Source of the DNA: Eledone cirrhosa | Lineage: Eukaryota | NCBI GenBank assembly: GCA_964016885.1 | Contig: OZ024752.1 | Span: 49,910,001 to 49,974,000 of the forward strand | DNA: 64,000 nt | Direction of reading: 5' to 3' | In this document: positions 28,871 to 44,700 of the stretch, piece by piece | How the letters are laid out: each line of letters begins with the position of its first letter | How positions within the stretch are numbered: position 1 is the stretch's first letter | Program-made: the position numbers and the translations under genes | Notes under the pieces: generated by a model | The model's input: the letters and a program-made list of their open reading frames with translations, nothing else | Database searches by the model: none | Told to the model about the DNA's origin: nothing

Positions 28871-29164
28871 CATGATATTGATAATAATGAAAATTATTGT
28901 GTACTGTGCTCAGGTGCACTACAACTCATCAAAGGTGCATGTATAGTACATAGAATAATGTACAAATGTCAAGAAAGTGAACAATGTATGAGTTCCATAA
29001 TAATTTTATGTAAGAGGTTTTGTTGCAAACACCATACAAAACTGTTTATTTTAAAGACTTTCCTTCATAATTTTACATAAGAACTTTTGTTACAAAAACC
29101 GAATAATAGAGTCCCTGGTTCTATAAGAATAAGAAAATATAAAATTACTGCATATACTTATTCA

Positions 29165-29392
29165 TTAACCCTCTAGCATTGACATTACTCTATATATACT
29201 ATTGTATTTTTGTGGTAAAGGCTTTATCTTACATAATATCTGACATAATATCGAATCTATGAGATTTTCATGTTATTTATTTTGAAAACAATAACTTCAC
29301 GCTAGTATGAACAGCCAGTTATGGCCAGTTACGGCCAGTTTGTACAGAAAAAAGTGAGATAATTCTGGCCGGTTTAAATGCTAAAGGGTTAA
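29165..29392 (-). mobile_element. piggyBac-type MITE family 1
   Basis: TTAA-CCCTCTAGCATT ... AATGCTAAAGGG-TTAA. Confidence 0.85.
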
Positions 29393-30001
29393 TAGCAAGT
29401 ATATTTTAATAATCTAATATTTCAAACATCAAAAAATATATATGCATCACGTTGATTACAGCTAAATCAATGACATAGATACATTGCCAAAAGATAACAT
29501 AAATTATTGGATGCGATGATGTTCATTCTATTTTTACTATTATTATTATTTTTTTTACTTTAAAGCAGATTATCTTATTTTGTTTACACCAGAATTTTAA
29601 TTCACTAATCTTGATAAATTAAAAGAAAACTTTCTAATTTCAAACAATATTTCTTGAACAGGTTTATGTGGTCTTTGAAGAATATTTTATTATAAAGTTT
29701 TATTTCAAAATAATTAATCCCAAATGAAAGTTACTTTGAATTCAATTTAAATTTATATGAAATAATCCCCCTTTTTAAATATCTTTACATATTTTTTTGT
29801 TGTTGCTGCTATCCAAGAAGGCAAAATGTCTCAGAAAGAATGATCTCTTTAAATTGTTATTAATAGCCTCTCCACCCCTAGAATTATCTATTAATTCTCA
29901 AACTTAGACATATCAACATGGATGAGGAAAAACACCTCAGTGAAGAAGGAGGAAAAATCATCATCATCATTATTATCATCATCATCATCATCATCACCAT
30001 C

Positions 30002-30032
<31 letters not shown>

Positions 30033-30384
30033 TCATCATAGTCTTCTTCATCATCAAGATCATCCTGATAACCTCTTTAGTATTGGTGCCTCAATACTAA
30101 AGAGTACACTCAATACACTCTATAAAGTAGTTGGTGTTTGGAAGGGCATCAAGCCAGGGTTGGATCTAGATCTTGGAGGTCTCCAGGGCACTTCAGGTTT
30201 GGAGGGCTCCTCATACACAAAGAATTAGAATACACAGCAAGCCCCTCCCAATTTTACATATCAAAGTTAGCTTAGAGCAATTAATTGTAATCTAAAAGGT
30301 ATACATTTAGGTATGAAATTTAAAAATTCAAAATTTTAGTTGAACCCACAGCAAGATAGACTAATCAAATATTGGAAGGGTGTA

Positions 30385-30570
30385 AGTCAAAGCTGACCCC
30401 AATGGGGTTTGAAGACACAGCACATCTATACAGAGGGCAAAGCTGATTCCAGTGGGGTTTGTATACACAGCACAAATAGACAGAGGGAAAAGTTGACCCC
30501 CAGTGGGGTTTGAAGACACGGCACAGATAGAACAAATACTGAGGCATCTAATCTAACACTCTGTCAATTC
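30385..30570 (-). repeat. ~50-bp tandem triplication inside an old SINE A-like head
   Basis: AAAGCTGACCCCAATGGGGTTTGAAGACACAG recurs near 30388, 30438 and 30488 and resembles SINE A GGCAAAGTTAACCTCGGCGGGATTTGAACTCAG. Confidence 0.65.
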
Positions 30571-30867
30571 GCCTACTAAACTGAAAATCTCTTATTAAAC
30601 TTCGGTTAAAAAATAGAATCACTCTGTCTCTCATTCTCTATTGTTTACATTCACTCTCTTTCTTACATATACACATTCTCTCTCTCTTTCTACACTTTTT
30701 TTCTCTCTTTCCTTCCTATAAATATTTATCACTCATAAACTACATATCCTGTAAAATAAGAATTTCATCATATACAATTTAAAAAAGGAAATTTAATATT
30801 GCCTGCGGGTGCAATACATATTCTATGAGAAAACTCCAACGCAAACAACACTACAATATAACACACT

Positions 30868-31078
30868 GTGGATTGGCAGTATCGGTAGAGGGTCGGACGC
30901 CATGCTTTGCAACATAGAGTTACGGCCCTTTATGATCTGAGTTCAAATTCCACCAACGTTAAATTTGCCTTTCATCCTTACGGGGTTGATAAAATAAAGT
31001 ACCAGTCATACACTGGTTTAGATTTAATCAACTTTCCACTCCCCCAAAATTGCTGGCCTTGTGCCTATATAAGAAATC
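30868..31078 (+). mobile_element. SINE family A variant directly upstream of the 41-bp satellite
   Basis: A and B boxes plus conserved body. Confidence 0.88.
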
Positions 31079-31080
31079 AA

Positions 31081-34000
31081 TATATATTCTATAAGAAACT
31101 TCAGCCCAAACAACACTAGACTATATATTCTATAAGAAACTTCAGCCCAAACAACACTACACTATATATTCTATAAGAAACTTCAGCCCAAACAACACTA
31201 CACTATATATTCTATAAGAAACTTCAGCCCAAACAACACTAGACTATATATTCTATAAGAAACTCCAGCCCAAACAACACTACACTATATATTCTATAAG
31301 AAACTTCAGCCCAAACAACACTACACTATATATTCTATAAGAAACTTCAACCCAAACAACACTACACTATATATTCTATAAAAAAACTCCAGCCCAAACA
31401 ACACTACACTATATATTCTATAAGAAACTCCAGCCCAAACAACACTACACTATATATTCTATAAGAAACTTCAGCCCAAACAACACTACACTATATATTC
31501 TATAAGAAACTTCAACCCAAACAACACTACACTATATATTCTATAAAAAAAACTCCAGCCCAAACAACACTACACTATATATTCTATAAGAAACTCCAGC
31601 CCAAACAACACTTCACTATATATTCTATAAGAAACTTCAGCCCAAACATCACTAGACTATATATTCTATAAGAAACTCCAGCCCAAACAACACTACACGA
31701 TATATTCTATAAGAAACTTCAGCCCAAACAACACTACACTATATATTCTATAAGAAACTTCAGCCCAAACAACACTACACTATATATTCTATAAGAAACT
31801 TCAGCCCAAACAACACTAGACTATATATTCTATAAGAAACTTCAGCCCAAACAACACTAGACTATATATTCTATAAGAAACTCCAGCCCAAACAACACTA
31901 CACGATATATTCTATAAGAAACTTCAGCCCAAACAACACTAGACTATATATTCTATAAGAAACTCCAGCCCAAACAACACTAGACTATATATTCTATAAG
32001 AAACTTCAGCCCAAACAACACTACACTATATATTCTATAAGAAACTCCAGCCCAAACAACACTAGACTATATATTCTATAAGAAACTTCAGCCCAAACAA
32101 CACTACACTATATATTCTATAAGAAACTTCAGCCCAAACAACACTAGACTATATATTCTATAAGAAACTTCAGCCCAAACAACACTACACTATATATTCT
32201 ATAAGAAACTTCAGCCCAAACAACACTACACTATATATTCTATAAGAAACTTCAGCCCAAACAACACTAGACTATATATTCTATAAGAAACTTCAACCCA
32301 AACAACACTACACTATATATTCTATAAGAAACTTCAGCCCAAACAACACTAGACTATATATTCTATAAGAAACTTCAACCCAAACAACACTACACTATAT
32401 ATTCTATAAGAAACTTCAGCCCAAACAACACTAGACTATATATTCTATAAGAAACTTCAGCCCAAACAACACTAGACTATATATTCTATAAGAAACTTCA
32501 GCCCAAACAACACTAGACTATATATTCTATAAGAAACTTCAGCCCAAACAACACTAGACTATATATTCTATAAGAAACTTCAGCCCAAACAACACTAGAC
32601 TATATATTCTATAAGAAACTTCAGCCCAAACAACACTACACTATATATTCTATAAGAAACTCCAGCCCAAACAACACTACACTATATATTCTATAAGAAA
32701 CTTCAGCCCAAACAACACTACACTATATATTCTATAAGAAACTTCAGCCCAAACAACACTACACTATATATTCTATAAGAAACTTCAGCCCAAACAACAC
32801 TACACTATATATTCTATAAGAAACTTCAGCCCAAACAACACTACACTATATATTCTATAAGAAACTTCAACCCAAACAACACTACACTATATATTCTATA
32901 AAAAAAACTCCAGCCCAAACAACACTACACTATATATTCTATAAGAAACTCCAGCCCAAACAACACTTCACTATATATTCTATAAGAAACTTCAGCCCAA
33001 ACATCACTAGACTATATATTCTATAAGAAACTCCAGCCCAAACAACACTACACGATATATTCTATAAGAAACTTCAGCCCAAACAACACTACACTATATA
33101 TTCTATAAGAAACTTCAGCCCAAACAACACTACACTATATATTCTATAAGAAACTTCAGCCCAAACAACACTAGACTATATATTCTATAAGAAACTTCAG
33201 CCCAAACAACACTAGACTATATATTCTATAAGAAACTCCAGCCCAAACAACACTACACGATATATTCTATAAGAAACTTCAGCCCAAACAACACTAGACT
33301 ATATATTCTATAAGAAACTCCAGCCCAAACAACACTAGACTATATATTCTATAAGAAACTTCAGCCCAAACAACACTACACTATATATTCTATAAGAAAC
33401 TCCAGCCCAAACAACACTAGACTATATATTCTATAAGAAACTTCAGCCCAAACAACACTACACTATATATTCTATAAGAAACTTCAGCCCAAACAACACT
33501 AGACTATATATTCTATAAGAAACTTCAGCCCAAACAACACTACACTATATATTCTATAAGAAACTTCAGCCCAAACAACACTACACTATATATTCTATAA
33601 GAAACTTCAGCCCAAACAACACTAGACTATATATTCTATAAGAAACTTCAACCCAAACAACACTACACTATATATTCTATAAGAAACTTCAGCCCAAACA
33701 ACACTAGACTATATATTCTATAAGAAACTTCAACCCAAACAACACTACACTATATATTCTATAAGAAACTTCAGCCCAAACAACACTAGACTATATATTC
33801 TATAAGAAACTTCAGCCCAAACAACACTAGACTATATATTCTATAAGAAACTTCAGCCCAAACAACACTAGACTATATATTCTATAAGAAACTTCAGCCC
33901 AAACAACACTAGACTATATATTCTATAAGAAACTTCAGCCCAAACAACACTAGACTATATATTCTATAAGAAACTTCAGCCCAAACAACACTACACTATA

Positions 34001-35391
34001 TATTCTATAAGAAACTCCAGCCCAAACAACACTACACTATATATTCTATAAGAAACTTCAGCCCAAACAACACTACACTATATATTCTATAAGAAACTTC
34101 AGCCCAAACAACACTACACTATATATTCTATAAGAAACTTCAGCCCAAACAACACTACACTATATATTCTATAAGAAACTTCAGCCCAAACAACACTACA
34201 CTATATATTCTATAAGAAACTTCAGCCCAAACAACACTACACTATATATTCTATAAGAAACTCCAGCCCAAACAACACTAGACTATATATTCTATAAGAA
34301 ACTCCAGCCCAAACAACACTACACTATATATTCTATAAGAAACTCCAGCCCAAACAACACTACACTATATATTCTATAAGAAACTTCAGCCCAAACAACA
34401 CTAGACTATATATTCTATAAGAAACTTCAGCCCAAACAACACTAGACTATATATTCTATAAGAAACTTCAGCCCAACAACACTACACTATATATTCTATA
34501 AGAAACTTCAGCCCAAACAACACTACACTATATATTCTATAAGAAACTTCAGCCCAAACAACACTAGACTATATATTCTATAAGAAACTTCAGCCCAAAC
34601 AACACTACACTATATATTCTATAAGAAACTTCAGCCCAAACAACACTACACTATATATTCTATAAGAAACTTCAGCCCAAACAACACTACACTATATATT
34701 CTATAAGAAACTTCAGCCCAAACAACACTACACTATATATTCTATAAGAAACTTCAGCCCAAACAACACTACACTATATATTCTATAAGAAACTTCAGCC
34801 CAAACAACACTACACTATATATTCTATAAGAAACTCCAGCCCAAACAACACTACACTATATATTCTATAAGAAACTTCAGCCCAAACAACACTACACTAT
34901 ATATTCTATAAGAAACTTCAGCCCAAACAACACTACACTATATATTCTATAAGAAACTTCAGCCCAAACAACACTACACTATATATTCTATAAGAAACTC
35001 CAGCCCAAACAACACTACACTATATATTCTATAAGAAACTCCAGCCCAAACAACACTACACTATATATTCTATAAGAAACTTCAGCCCAAACAACACTAC
35101 ACTATATATTCTATAAGAAACTTCAGCCCAAACAACACTAGACTATATATTCTATAAGAAACTTCAGCCCAAACAACACTACACTATATATTCTATAAGA
35201 AACTTCAGCCCAAACAACACTAGACTATATATTCTATAAGAAACTTCAGCCCAAACAACACTAGACTATATATTCTATAAGAAACTTCAGCCCAAACAAC
35301 ACTACACTATATATTCTATAAGAAACTTCAGCCCAAACAACACTAGACTATATATTCTATAAGAAACTTCAGCCCAAACAACACTACACTA
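31081..35391. repeat. 41-bp tandem satellite, ~105 copies
   Basis: Unit TATATATTCTATAAGAAACTTCAGCCCAAACAACACTACAC. Confidence 0.99.
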
Positions 35392-35561
35392 GAGCAGAGC
35401 TGAGAATGTTACTAACTCAGCCGTGTGGAATTTAGAGAATTTTAAAGAGGAGAAAATATTTCAAATTCAAAAAGTTTAAAAAAAAAAAAAAATACAAACA
35501 AAGAAAAAGGCAACCCATCTCATATGCTAAATACTAAGGTAAACAAGACATTGGATAGTGG

Positions 35562-37485
35562 GAGAAGAAGAAGAAGAAGAAGAAGAAGAAGAAGAAGGAG
35601 AAGAAGGAGAAGAAGATTGAGAAGAAGAAGAAGAAGAAGAAGAAGAAGAAGAAGAAGAAGAAGAAGAAGAAGAAGAAGAAGAAGAAGAAGAAGGAGAAAG
35701 AGAACTAAAGAAGAAGAAGGAAGAAAACCGAAGAAGAAGAAGAAGAAGAAGAAGAAGAAGAAGAAGAAGAAGAAGAAGAAGAAGAAAAAGAAGAAGAAAG
35801 AGAAGAAGGAGGAGAAGGGAGAAGAAGGAGTTCTGGGGGCAAGTGTAACATAATGAAAAGCAGTTTGCAACATTCTATCTTATTTACATAACGATTTCTC
35901 TTGAGAGTGAAATCTTAATGAAATATTTAACAGTAGTAATAGAGATACTGGTGGCTGTTGTAATTACAGTAGTGGTAGTAGTAGTAGTGGTGGTGGTGGT
36001 GGTAGTGGTGGTGGTGGTGGTGATGGTGGTGGTAGTGGTAGTGTTGGTGGTGGCGGTAGTAGTAGTAGTGGTGGTGGTTGTGGTGGTGGTGGTGGTAGCA
36101 ATGGTGGTGGTGGCGGTAGTAGTAGTAGTGGTGGTGGTGGTAGTGGTGGTGGTGCCGGTGGTAGTGGTGGTGGTAGTGGTAGTGGTGGTGGTGGCGGTAG
36201 TAGTAGTAGTAGTAGTGGTGGTGGTGGTGGTGGTGGTGGTGGTAGCAGTGGTAGTGGTGGTGGTGGTGGTGGTGGTGGTAGTAGTGGTGGTAGTGGTAGT
36301 GGTGGTGGTGGTAGTAGTGGTGGTAGTGGTAGTGGTGGTGGTGGTGTTGGTGATGGCGGTAGTAGTAGTAGTGGTGGTGGTGGTGGTGGTAGTAGTGGTG
36401 GTGGTGGTAGTAGTGGTGGTGGTGGTGGTGGTGGTGGCGGTGGTGGTGGTGGTGGCGGTGGTGGTGGTGGTGGTGGTGGTGGTGGTGGTGGTGGTGGTAG
36501 TAGTAGTGGTGGTGGTAGTGGTAGTGGCGGTAGTAGTAGTACTGGTGGTGGTGGTGGTGGTGGTAGCAGTGGTAGTGGTGGTGGTGGTGGTGGTGGTGGT
36601 GGTGTTGGTGGTGGCGGTAGTAGTAATAATGGTGGGGGGGGGTTAGTAGTGGTGGTAGTGGTAGTGGTGGTGGTGGTGGTGGTGGTGGTGGTGGTGGTGG
36701 TGGTGGTGGCAGTGGGGGGTAGTTGTGTGGTGGTGGTAGTGTGTTAGTAGTTATGAACAGTAGTAGTAGTAGTAGTGGTAGTAGTAGTAGTAGTGGTATA
36801 GTAGTAGTAGTAGTAGTAGTAGTAGTGAGTGAGTGACATGGTAGTAATTAGTTGAAGGAGTAGTAGTGAGAGTGAGATGACTGCAGTGGTAGGAGGAGTT
36901 AGTGTCTTGTTAGGGTGAGTGGGAGTAGCTGGGATGGTTAGTTTGATGACATCCATGGTGACGCTGATGGTGATGATGATGATGATGATGGAAGTGGTGG
37001 TGGTGGTGGTGGTGGTGGTGGTGGTGGTGGTGGTGATAACGATGTTGATGGTGATGGAGGTGGTGGTGGTGATGGTGATGATGTTGATGGTGGTGATGAT
37101 GATGGTGGTGACAATGATGGTGGTGACGACGATGATGATGATAATGACGATGGTGATGATAATAGGGGTGATGGAGGTGGTGGTGGTGGTGGTGGTGGTG
37201 GTGGTGGTGGTGATATTGCTGCTGAGGAGGGTGATGTAGTTATAGGACATATACTATATAACAATAAAAGTATGGGAGGGTGAACATATTGAGAGAGAGA
37301 GAGAGAATAAGAGAGAGGGGGAGGGAGAGATAGAGAGAGAAAGGGGGAGGGAGAGAGAGAGAGAGAAAGGGAGAGAGAGAGAGAGAGAGAGAAAGGGGGA
37401 GAGAGTATGAGCGAGTATGAGCGAGAGAAAGAGAGAAAAAGAGATCGTAAGAGGAAGGGAGAGAGAGAAAAAGAAAGAGAGAGAC
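35562..37485. repeat. Compound microsatellite (GAA)n, (GTG/GTA)n, (GAT)n, (GA)n
   Basis: Seen directly; yields poly-R/K/V/T/P pseudo-ORFs. Confidence 0.95.
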
Positions 37486-37588
37486 TATATAACATTTTTA
37501 GTAAACAGTGCTCTTTGTGTCATGGTGAAAAGCAAACTACTAAATGTCAAATATTTCCCTATTATGAACTTCTAGAATGAACTTCTAG

Positions 37589-37965
37589 GGTGGTGGATTG
37601 GCAGTATCGGTAGAGGGTCGGACGTGCTTTCCAGCATAGTTATGTCCCTTTACGATGTGAGTTCAAATCCCGCCGAGGTTAACTTTGCCTTTCATCCTTA
37701 CGGGGTCAATAAAATAAAGTACCAGTGATACACTTGGATAATTGCAGGCCTTGTGACTAAAGTAGAAACAATTATTATTGTGGATTGGCAGTATCGGTAG
37801 AGGGTCGGACAGCATGCTTTGGCGTATAGAGTTACGGCCCTTGCCATTCTGAGTTCAAATTCCACCGAGGTTAACTTTGCCTTTCATCCTTACGGGGTCG
37901 ATAAAATAAAGTACCAGTGATACACTTGGATAATTGCAGGCCTTGTGACTATAGTAGAAACAGTT
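37589..37965 (+). mobile_element. Head-to-tail dimer of SINE family A
   Basis: Copies at 37589-37775 and 37779-37965 share the private tail variant GTGATACACTTGGATAATTGCAGGCCTTGTGACTA. Confidence 0.9.
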
Positions 37966-38614
37966 ATGTACTTCTAGAATGTTAGAGAAGATCTGATACA
38001 ATCAGGTGTGCTGGCAGTGAATTTTATTTGCTGAAGATAGATTTTTATTCAAGATATTATGTCAAATTATTGTTTCTCTGATTAAATCTCAAACTAACTA
38101 ATTAATAAATTATAACATTGATGAGTTCCTAAACCTTTAATTATTATTTTTTTAATCCAATTTCAGCTCTTCATTTTGTATTTATTATCAACACATCTTT
38201 CTCTCATAATGAAACATTTTCTATATTTTCCAATTAAACTGAGTTTTAGGCTGCCAAAGGTAGAAAAATATATGCATACCATTTAATTTCAGTTTGTTTC
38301 TCTTTTAATCAATAATGTTTTGTAAAATAACTAATAATAAATAAATAGAATTTGTATTAATTTGTTTGTCTATATTAGCTTAAGAATATTTTGAAAAACA
38401 AAAAAAATTTAGAGAAAATATATAATTAATGAAAGTTACTTATACTAAGGAAATTGATATATATATATATTGCAAGCAGGGAAAAGCGGACGTAAAAAAT
38501 GATGATGATGATGATATATATAATATATATATTATTTATATATATATATATAATATATATATAATGATGACAAAAATGAAAATGATTCTAAGACAGTGCT
38601 TTATAGGATATTTT

Positions 38615-39020
38615 ACATAATAAATATAATATATATACAATATAATATATATATAATATAATATATATATACACAATATGATATATATATAATATATATA
38701 TACAATATAATATATATATATATACAATATAATATATATACAATATAATATATATATAATATAATATATATATACAATATAATATATATACAATATAATA
38801 TATATATAATATAATATATATATACAATATGATATATATATAATATATATATACAATATATATATATATACAATATAATATGATATATATATATATATAC
38901 AATATAATATATATACAATAGGAGATATATATATATACAATATGAGATATATATACAATATAATATATATACAATATAATATATATATATACAATATGAT
39001 ATATATACAATATAATATAT
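38615..39020. repeat. Degenerate (TATACAATATAATATA)-type AT repeat
   Basis: Seen directly. Confidence 0.9.
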
Positions 39021-39287
39021 TTTACATAATAAAATTCTATATATAAAAGAAGTGAAGATTATAGAGATTAAAATGCCAACAAGATTAAAATGATGTGAAT
39101 CCCAATGACACTAATTAGAGAAAATAGTAAAATATATTTGGTATTTAATCTGAGAAAATTAATAACTTTTCTAGACTAACATATTTTTGTGGTAAATGAT
39201 AAATATTGCTTGTTAATCCTCAATTGTGACTAATCTTTGACATTATACTAATACTTTAAACTATTTATTAATATTGTCTGCATTTAA

Positions 39288-39369
<82 letters not shown>

Positions 39370-39656
39370 TATTGTATCTTTTGATTTTTATTGTAATTTT
39401 AATGTTGGTAAAGGTATATTATAGTATATTATATTGTATTATATAAAATTCCTGCTCTATATAACCACCTTTGTTTAGCTCTAGTTTTTGCTTTGGACTA
39501 TATTTGTAATATGGTTCTTAATGTTATATACATCCTTAGTAATTTTTATCATATATTTTTATTATATATTTTTGTAATACTTCAGTGTATGTACACTCCA
39601 TATTCTTCGGAGCTTCCGGCTTGTATCTGCCGATATTACTTCTTGTTGTTTTAATT

Positions 39657-39694
39657 GCCCTGATGAGTCCTTAATAGGACGAAACATTGTCGGC
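39657..39694 (+). ncRNA. Minimal type I hammerhead ribozyme
   Basis: GCC-CTGATGA-GTCC ttaata GGAC-GAA-AC att GT-C-GGC: complete core, stems I-III and a GUC cleavage site; AATAAA follows immediately. Confidence 0.85.
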
Positions 39695-39739
39695 TAATAA
39701 AGACTTTTGATGTATTGAAGGCTTCTTTGTTTTACTCTC

Positions 39740-39776
<37 letters not shown>

Positions 39777-39778
<2 letters not shown>

Positions 39779-40083
39779 CGTTTGTGAATTGGCAACATGA
39801 CCCTCCCAAAGCATAACAATATATATATATATATATATATTGTTATACTTTGGGAGGGTCATGTTGCCAATAAGAAACACACGCACCAGTTGCTTTCACT
39901 TCAATTTATTATAATAAATTTATAATAACTTTATAAATTTATAAATTTATAAATTTCTGGTTGGTTGGTTGGTTGGTGCGTGTGTTTCTTATTGGCAACA
40001 TGACCCTCCCAAAGTATAACAATATCGGTTTCAACACACGATTTCAGATAAAGAATCTTGCTAAACAAATTCAGAAACGAAAT
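39777..40083. mobile_element. Nested inverted fragments of a pLTR-like repeat (same family as 58230-58480)
   Basis: 39839-39888 is the reverse complement of ~39973-40024; 39841-39972 is the reverse complement of ~58350-58478; unique ~58-nt tail at 40026-40083. Confidence 0.75.
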
Positions 40084-40116
40084 ATATATATATAATATAT
40101 AGTTTTAATATAGAAG

Positions 40117-40167
40117 AGATTCTACAGGACTAGAACTGTTTCATTCATTAGAAATCATCAGGAATCT
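40117..40167 (-). ncRNA. Hammerhead ribozyme in the inverted pLTR copy
   Basis: Mirror image of 45245-45295. Confidence 0.72.
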
Positions 40168-40738
40168 GGGTATCAAAAAATAAATATGGTATTTATAGGT
40201 CTCTACAAGTGGTAGGAGAGGGTGGGGAGTGGGATGGGTGCAGGTCATTGGTTGATAGAGAAGGGAATTCATTAAAGGCTAATTCTACATAGCTATAGTT
40301 AATTTATATTTATTTATGTTTTTAGAGTAACAAAGGCAGACAGGAATCTATAAACAAGTTCCGGATGGCATACCATTCCTTGTCAATAAGTTTCTCTTAA
40401 GCTAGCAGATGTCTATAAAATCAGTGGGGGGTCATTCATGCTCGATAGAATTAAAGAAAAGGGAGATTCTTTAAAAGCTAAAGTCATTAAGTTCTGCTAA
40501 GTGACAAAGGTCTAGGGAATTCTGCAGACAGATTCAAAATACTGAGTGCATATCTTACTATTATCTTCGAACTTCTCTTAAACTAATCAACAATATGCCA
40601 AATCAACAGACACATTCACAAAAAACCCCCAAAAAAACCAAAAAACCAGAAAAACAAAAAAAAAAACCACACCTAAAAAAAACCCCAAAAAACACACATA
40701 CTCACTCACACGAGCGTGGAGGATAATAACTTGCTCGG

Positions 40739-42031
40739 CAAGTTATTATCCTCCACGCTCGTAAGACCTTTCTATACCACGATGGATCTTACTGGATCAA
40801 CAAGAAATCTCAGACCCCATTTGACGTTAGCATGGGGGCGAGTGACTCGGCTGAAATTAGCGACCTTGTGGGCCTGTACATCCTACATAACCTGAAGAAC
40901 CTCTTTACCGGCCTTACTGGAGGTTTATACCGAGACGACGGCCTCTTCGCCCTGCATAAGGTTAGCCCCAGAACCACCGATGGGTTTCGGAAAAACTTAA
41001 GCTCTTTCTTCTCTAATCTAGGATTTAGTATTACTATAGATTCTAATTTGACTAGGGCCAACTTCTTAGATGTCACTCTCGACCTAGATACTTCCCTCTA
41101 TTACCCGTACCACAAACCTAACGAGTCCCTTAAATATATTAATGTTAATTCAAACCACCCCCAAAACATTACTGATAACCTAGTAAAAAGCGTCTCTATT
41201 AGAATATCTGGCCTCTCCGCCAACAAAGATATTTTTAATGCATCTGCCTCCTACTACAATGACGCCCTAGCCCGTAGCGGATTTAAAGATAAGATAACTT
41301 ACCTAGAAACCACCGCAAAATTGCAGAGGAGGAATAGACATAGGCAGATTAGCTGGTACAACCCTCCCTTCAATAGAGAGGTATCTACTCCGATAGCTAG
41401 GATTTTCTTCACTTTACTGAAATTACACTTCCCCATACAACATAGGTACTACACCATCTTTAATAAGAACACTATAAGACTGTCTTACTCCACCACACCT
41501 AACCTAGCTAGGAATATAGCCAACCACAACTCTAAACTAAATAAGCCAACCACCTCCGAAACCAATCCCCGGACTGGGGCTCTATGTAATTGCCTAAATA
41601 AGGAAACATGCCCACTAGAAAACAAATGCCTCACAAACGACATCGTATACAAATGCGATGTCATCTCGGGCACCGAGGATTGCAAAAAAACTTACATCGG
41701 CATGACATCCAACACCTTTAAGACCCGCTGGTATGCCCATACCCACTCCTTCAGAAGACCGGATAAATCAAACCAAACAACACTCGCCTCCTACGTTTGG
41801 GACCTCAAAAGGAACTCCACCCCCTTCACGCTTAATTGGAAAATACTCCAGAAAGCGCGCTCTTACGACGGAGGACACAAGGGCTGCGACCTTTGTATTT
41901 CAGAGAGTTACGAAATTTTATTCGCCAAGGGCCCGCTACTGAACAAACTCTCTGAACACTGCCCGAACTGCATGCACAAGAACTTTGCAACATTCAAACA
42001 CTTTAAGCCAGTGTTAAAGCCCGATGGCTAA
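40739..42031 (+). CDS. Penelope-like polyprotein, C-terminal part: RT palm/thumb + Cys linker + GIY-YIG endonuclease (5'-truncated, Naiad-like)
   Basis: Frame is open from ~40739 (QVIILHARKTFLY..W..K..FDVSMG); GLYRDDGL catalytic motif, NFLDVTLDL, YINVNSNHP, CNC..CPL..C, IVYKC...YIGMT..FK.R..H, CDLC..E, LLN. Confidence 0.93.
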   Translation, partial: QVIILHARKTFLYHDGSYWINKKSQTPFDVSMGASDSAEISDLVGLYILHNLKNLFTGLTGGLYRDDGLFALHKVSPRTTDGFRKNLSSFFSNLGFSITIDSNLTRANFLDVTLDLDTSLYYPYHKPNESLKYINVNSNHPQNITDNLVKSVSIRISGLSANKDIFNASASYYNDALARSGFKDKITYLETTAKLQRRNRHRQISWYNPPFNREVSTPIARIFFTLLKLHFPIQHRYYTIFNKNTIRLSYSTTPNLARNIANHNSKLNKPTTSETNPRTGALCNCLNKETCPLENKCLTNDIVYKCDVISGTEDCKKTYIGMTSNTFKTRWYAHTHSFRRPDKSNQTTLASYVWDLKRNSTPFTLNWKILQKARSYDGGHKGCDLCISESYEILFAKGPLLNKLSEHCPNCMHKNFATFKHFKPVLKPDG

Positions 42032-42169
42032 AAACGACCTCCCCCTATTGGCCCCTATACCTCCTCCCCACCCTACCCCCACCCCTCCTCAACCTGAAAT
42101 ACGGCCACTATGGTCATGTGAGTACCTCTTTTGTATCTACTTTTTCTGCCTGTAGAGGTGTCTTTATGT

Positions 42170-44700
<2,531 letters not shown>

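Noticed and set aside
31081-35391. CRISPR-like 41-bp array
   Set aside because: Head-to-tail satellite with no spacers.
35520-37495. Poly-V/R/K/T/P ORFs
   Set aside because: Translations of trinucleotide microsatellites.
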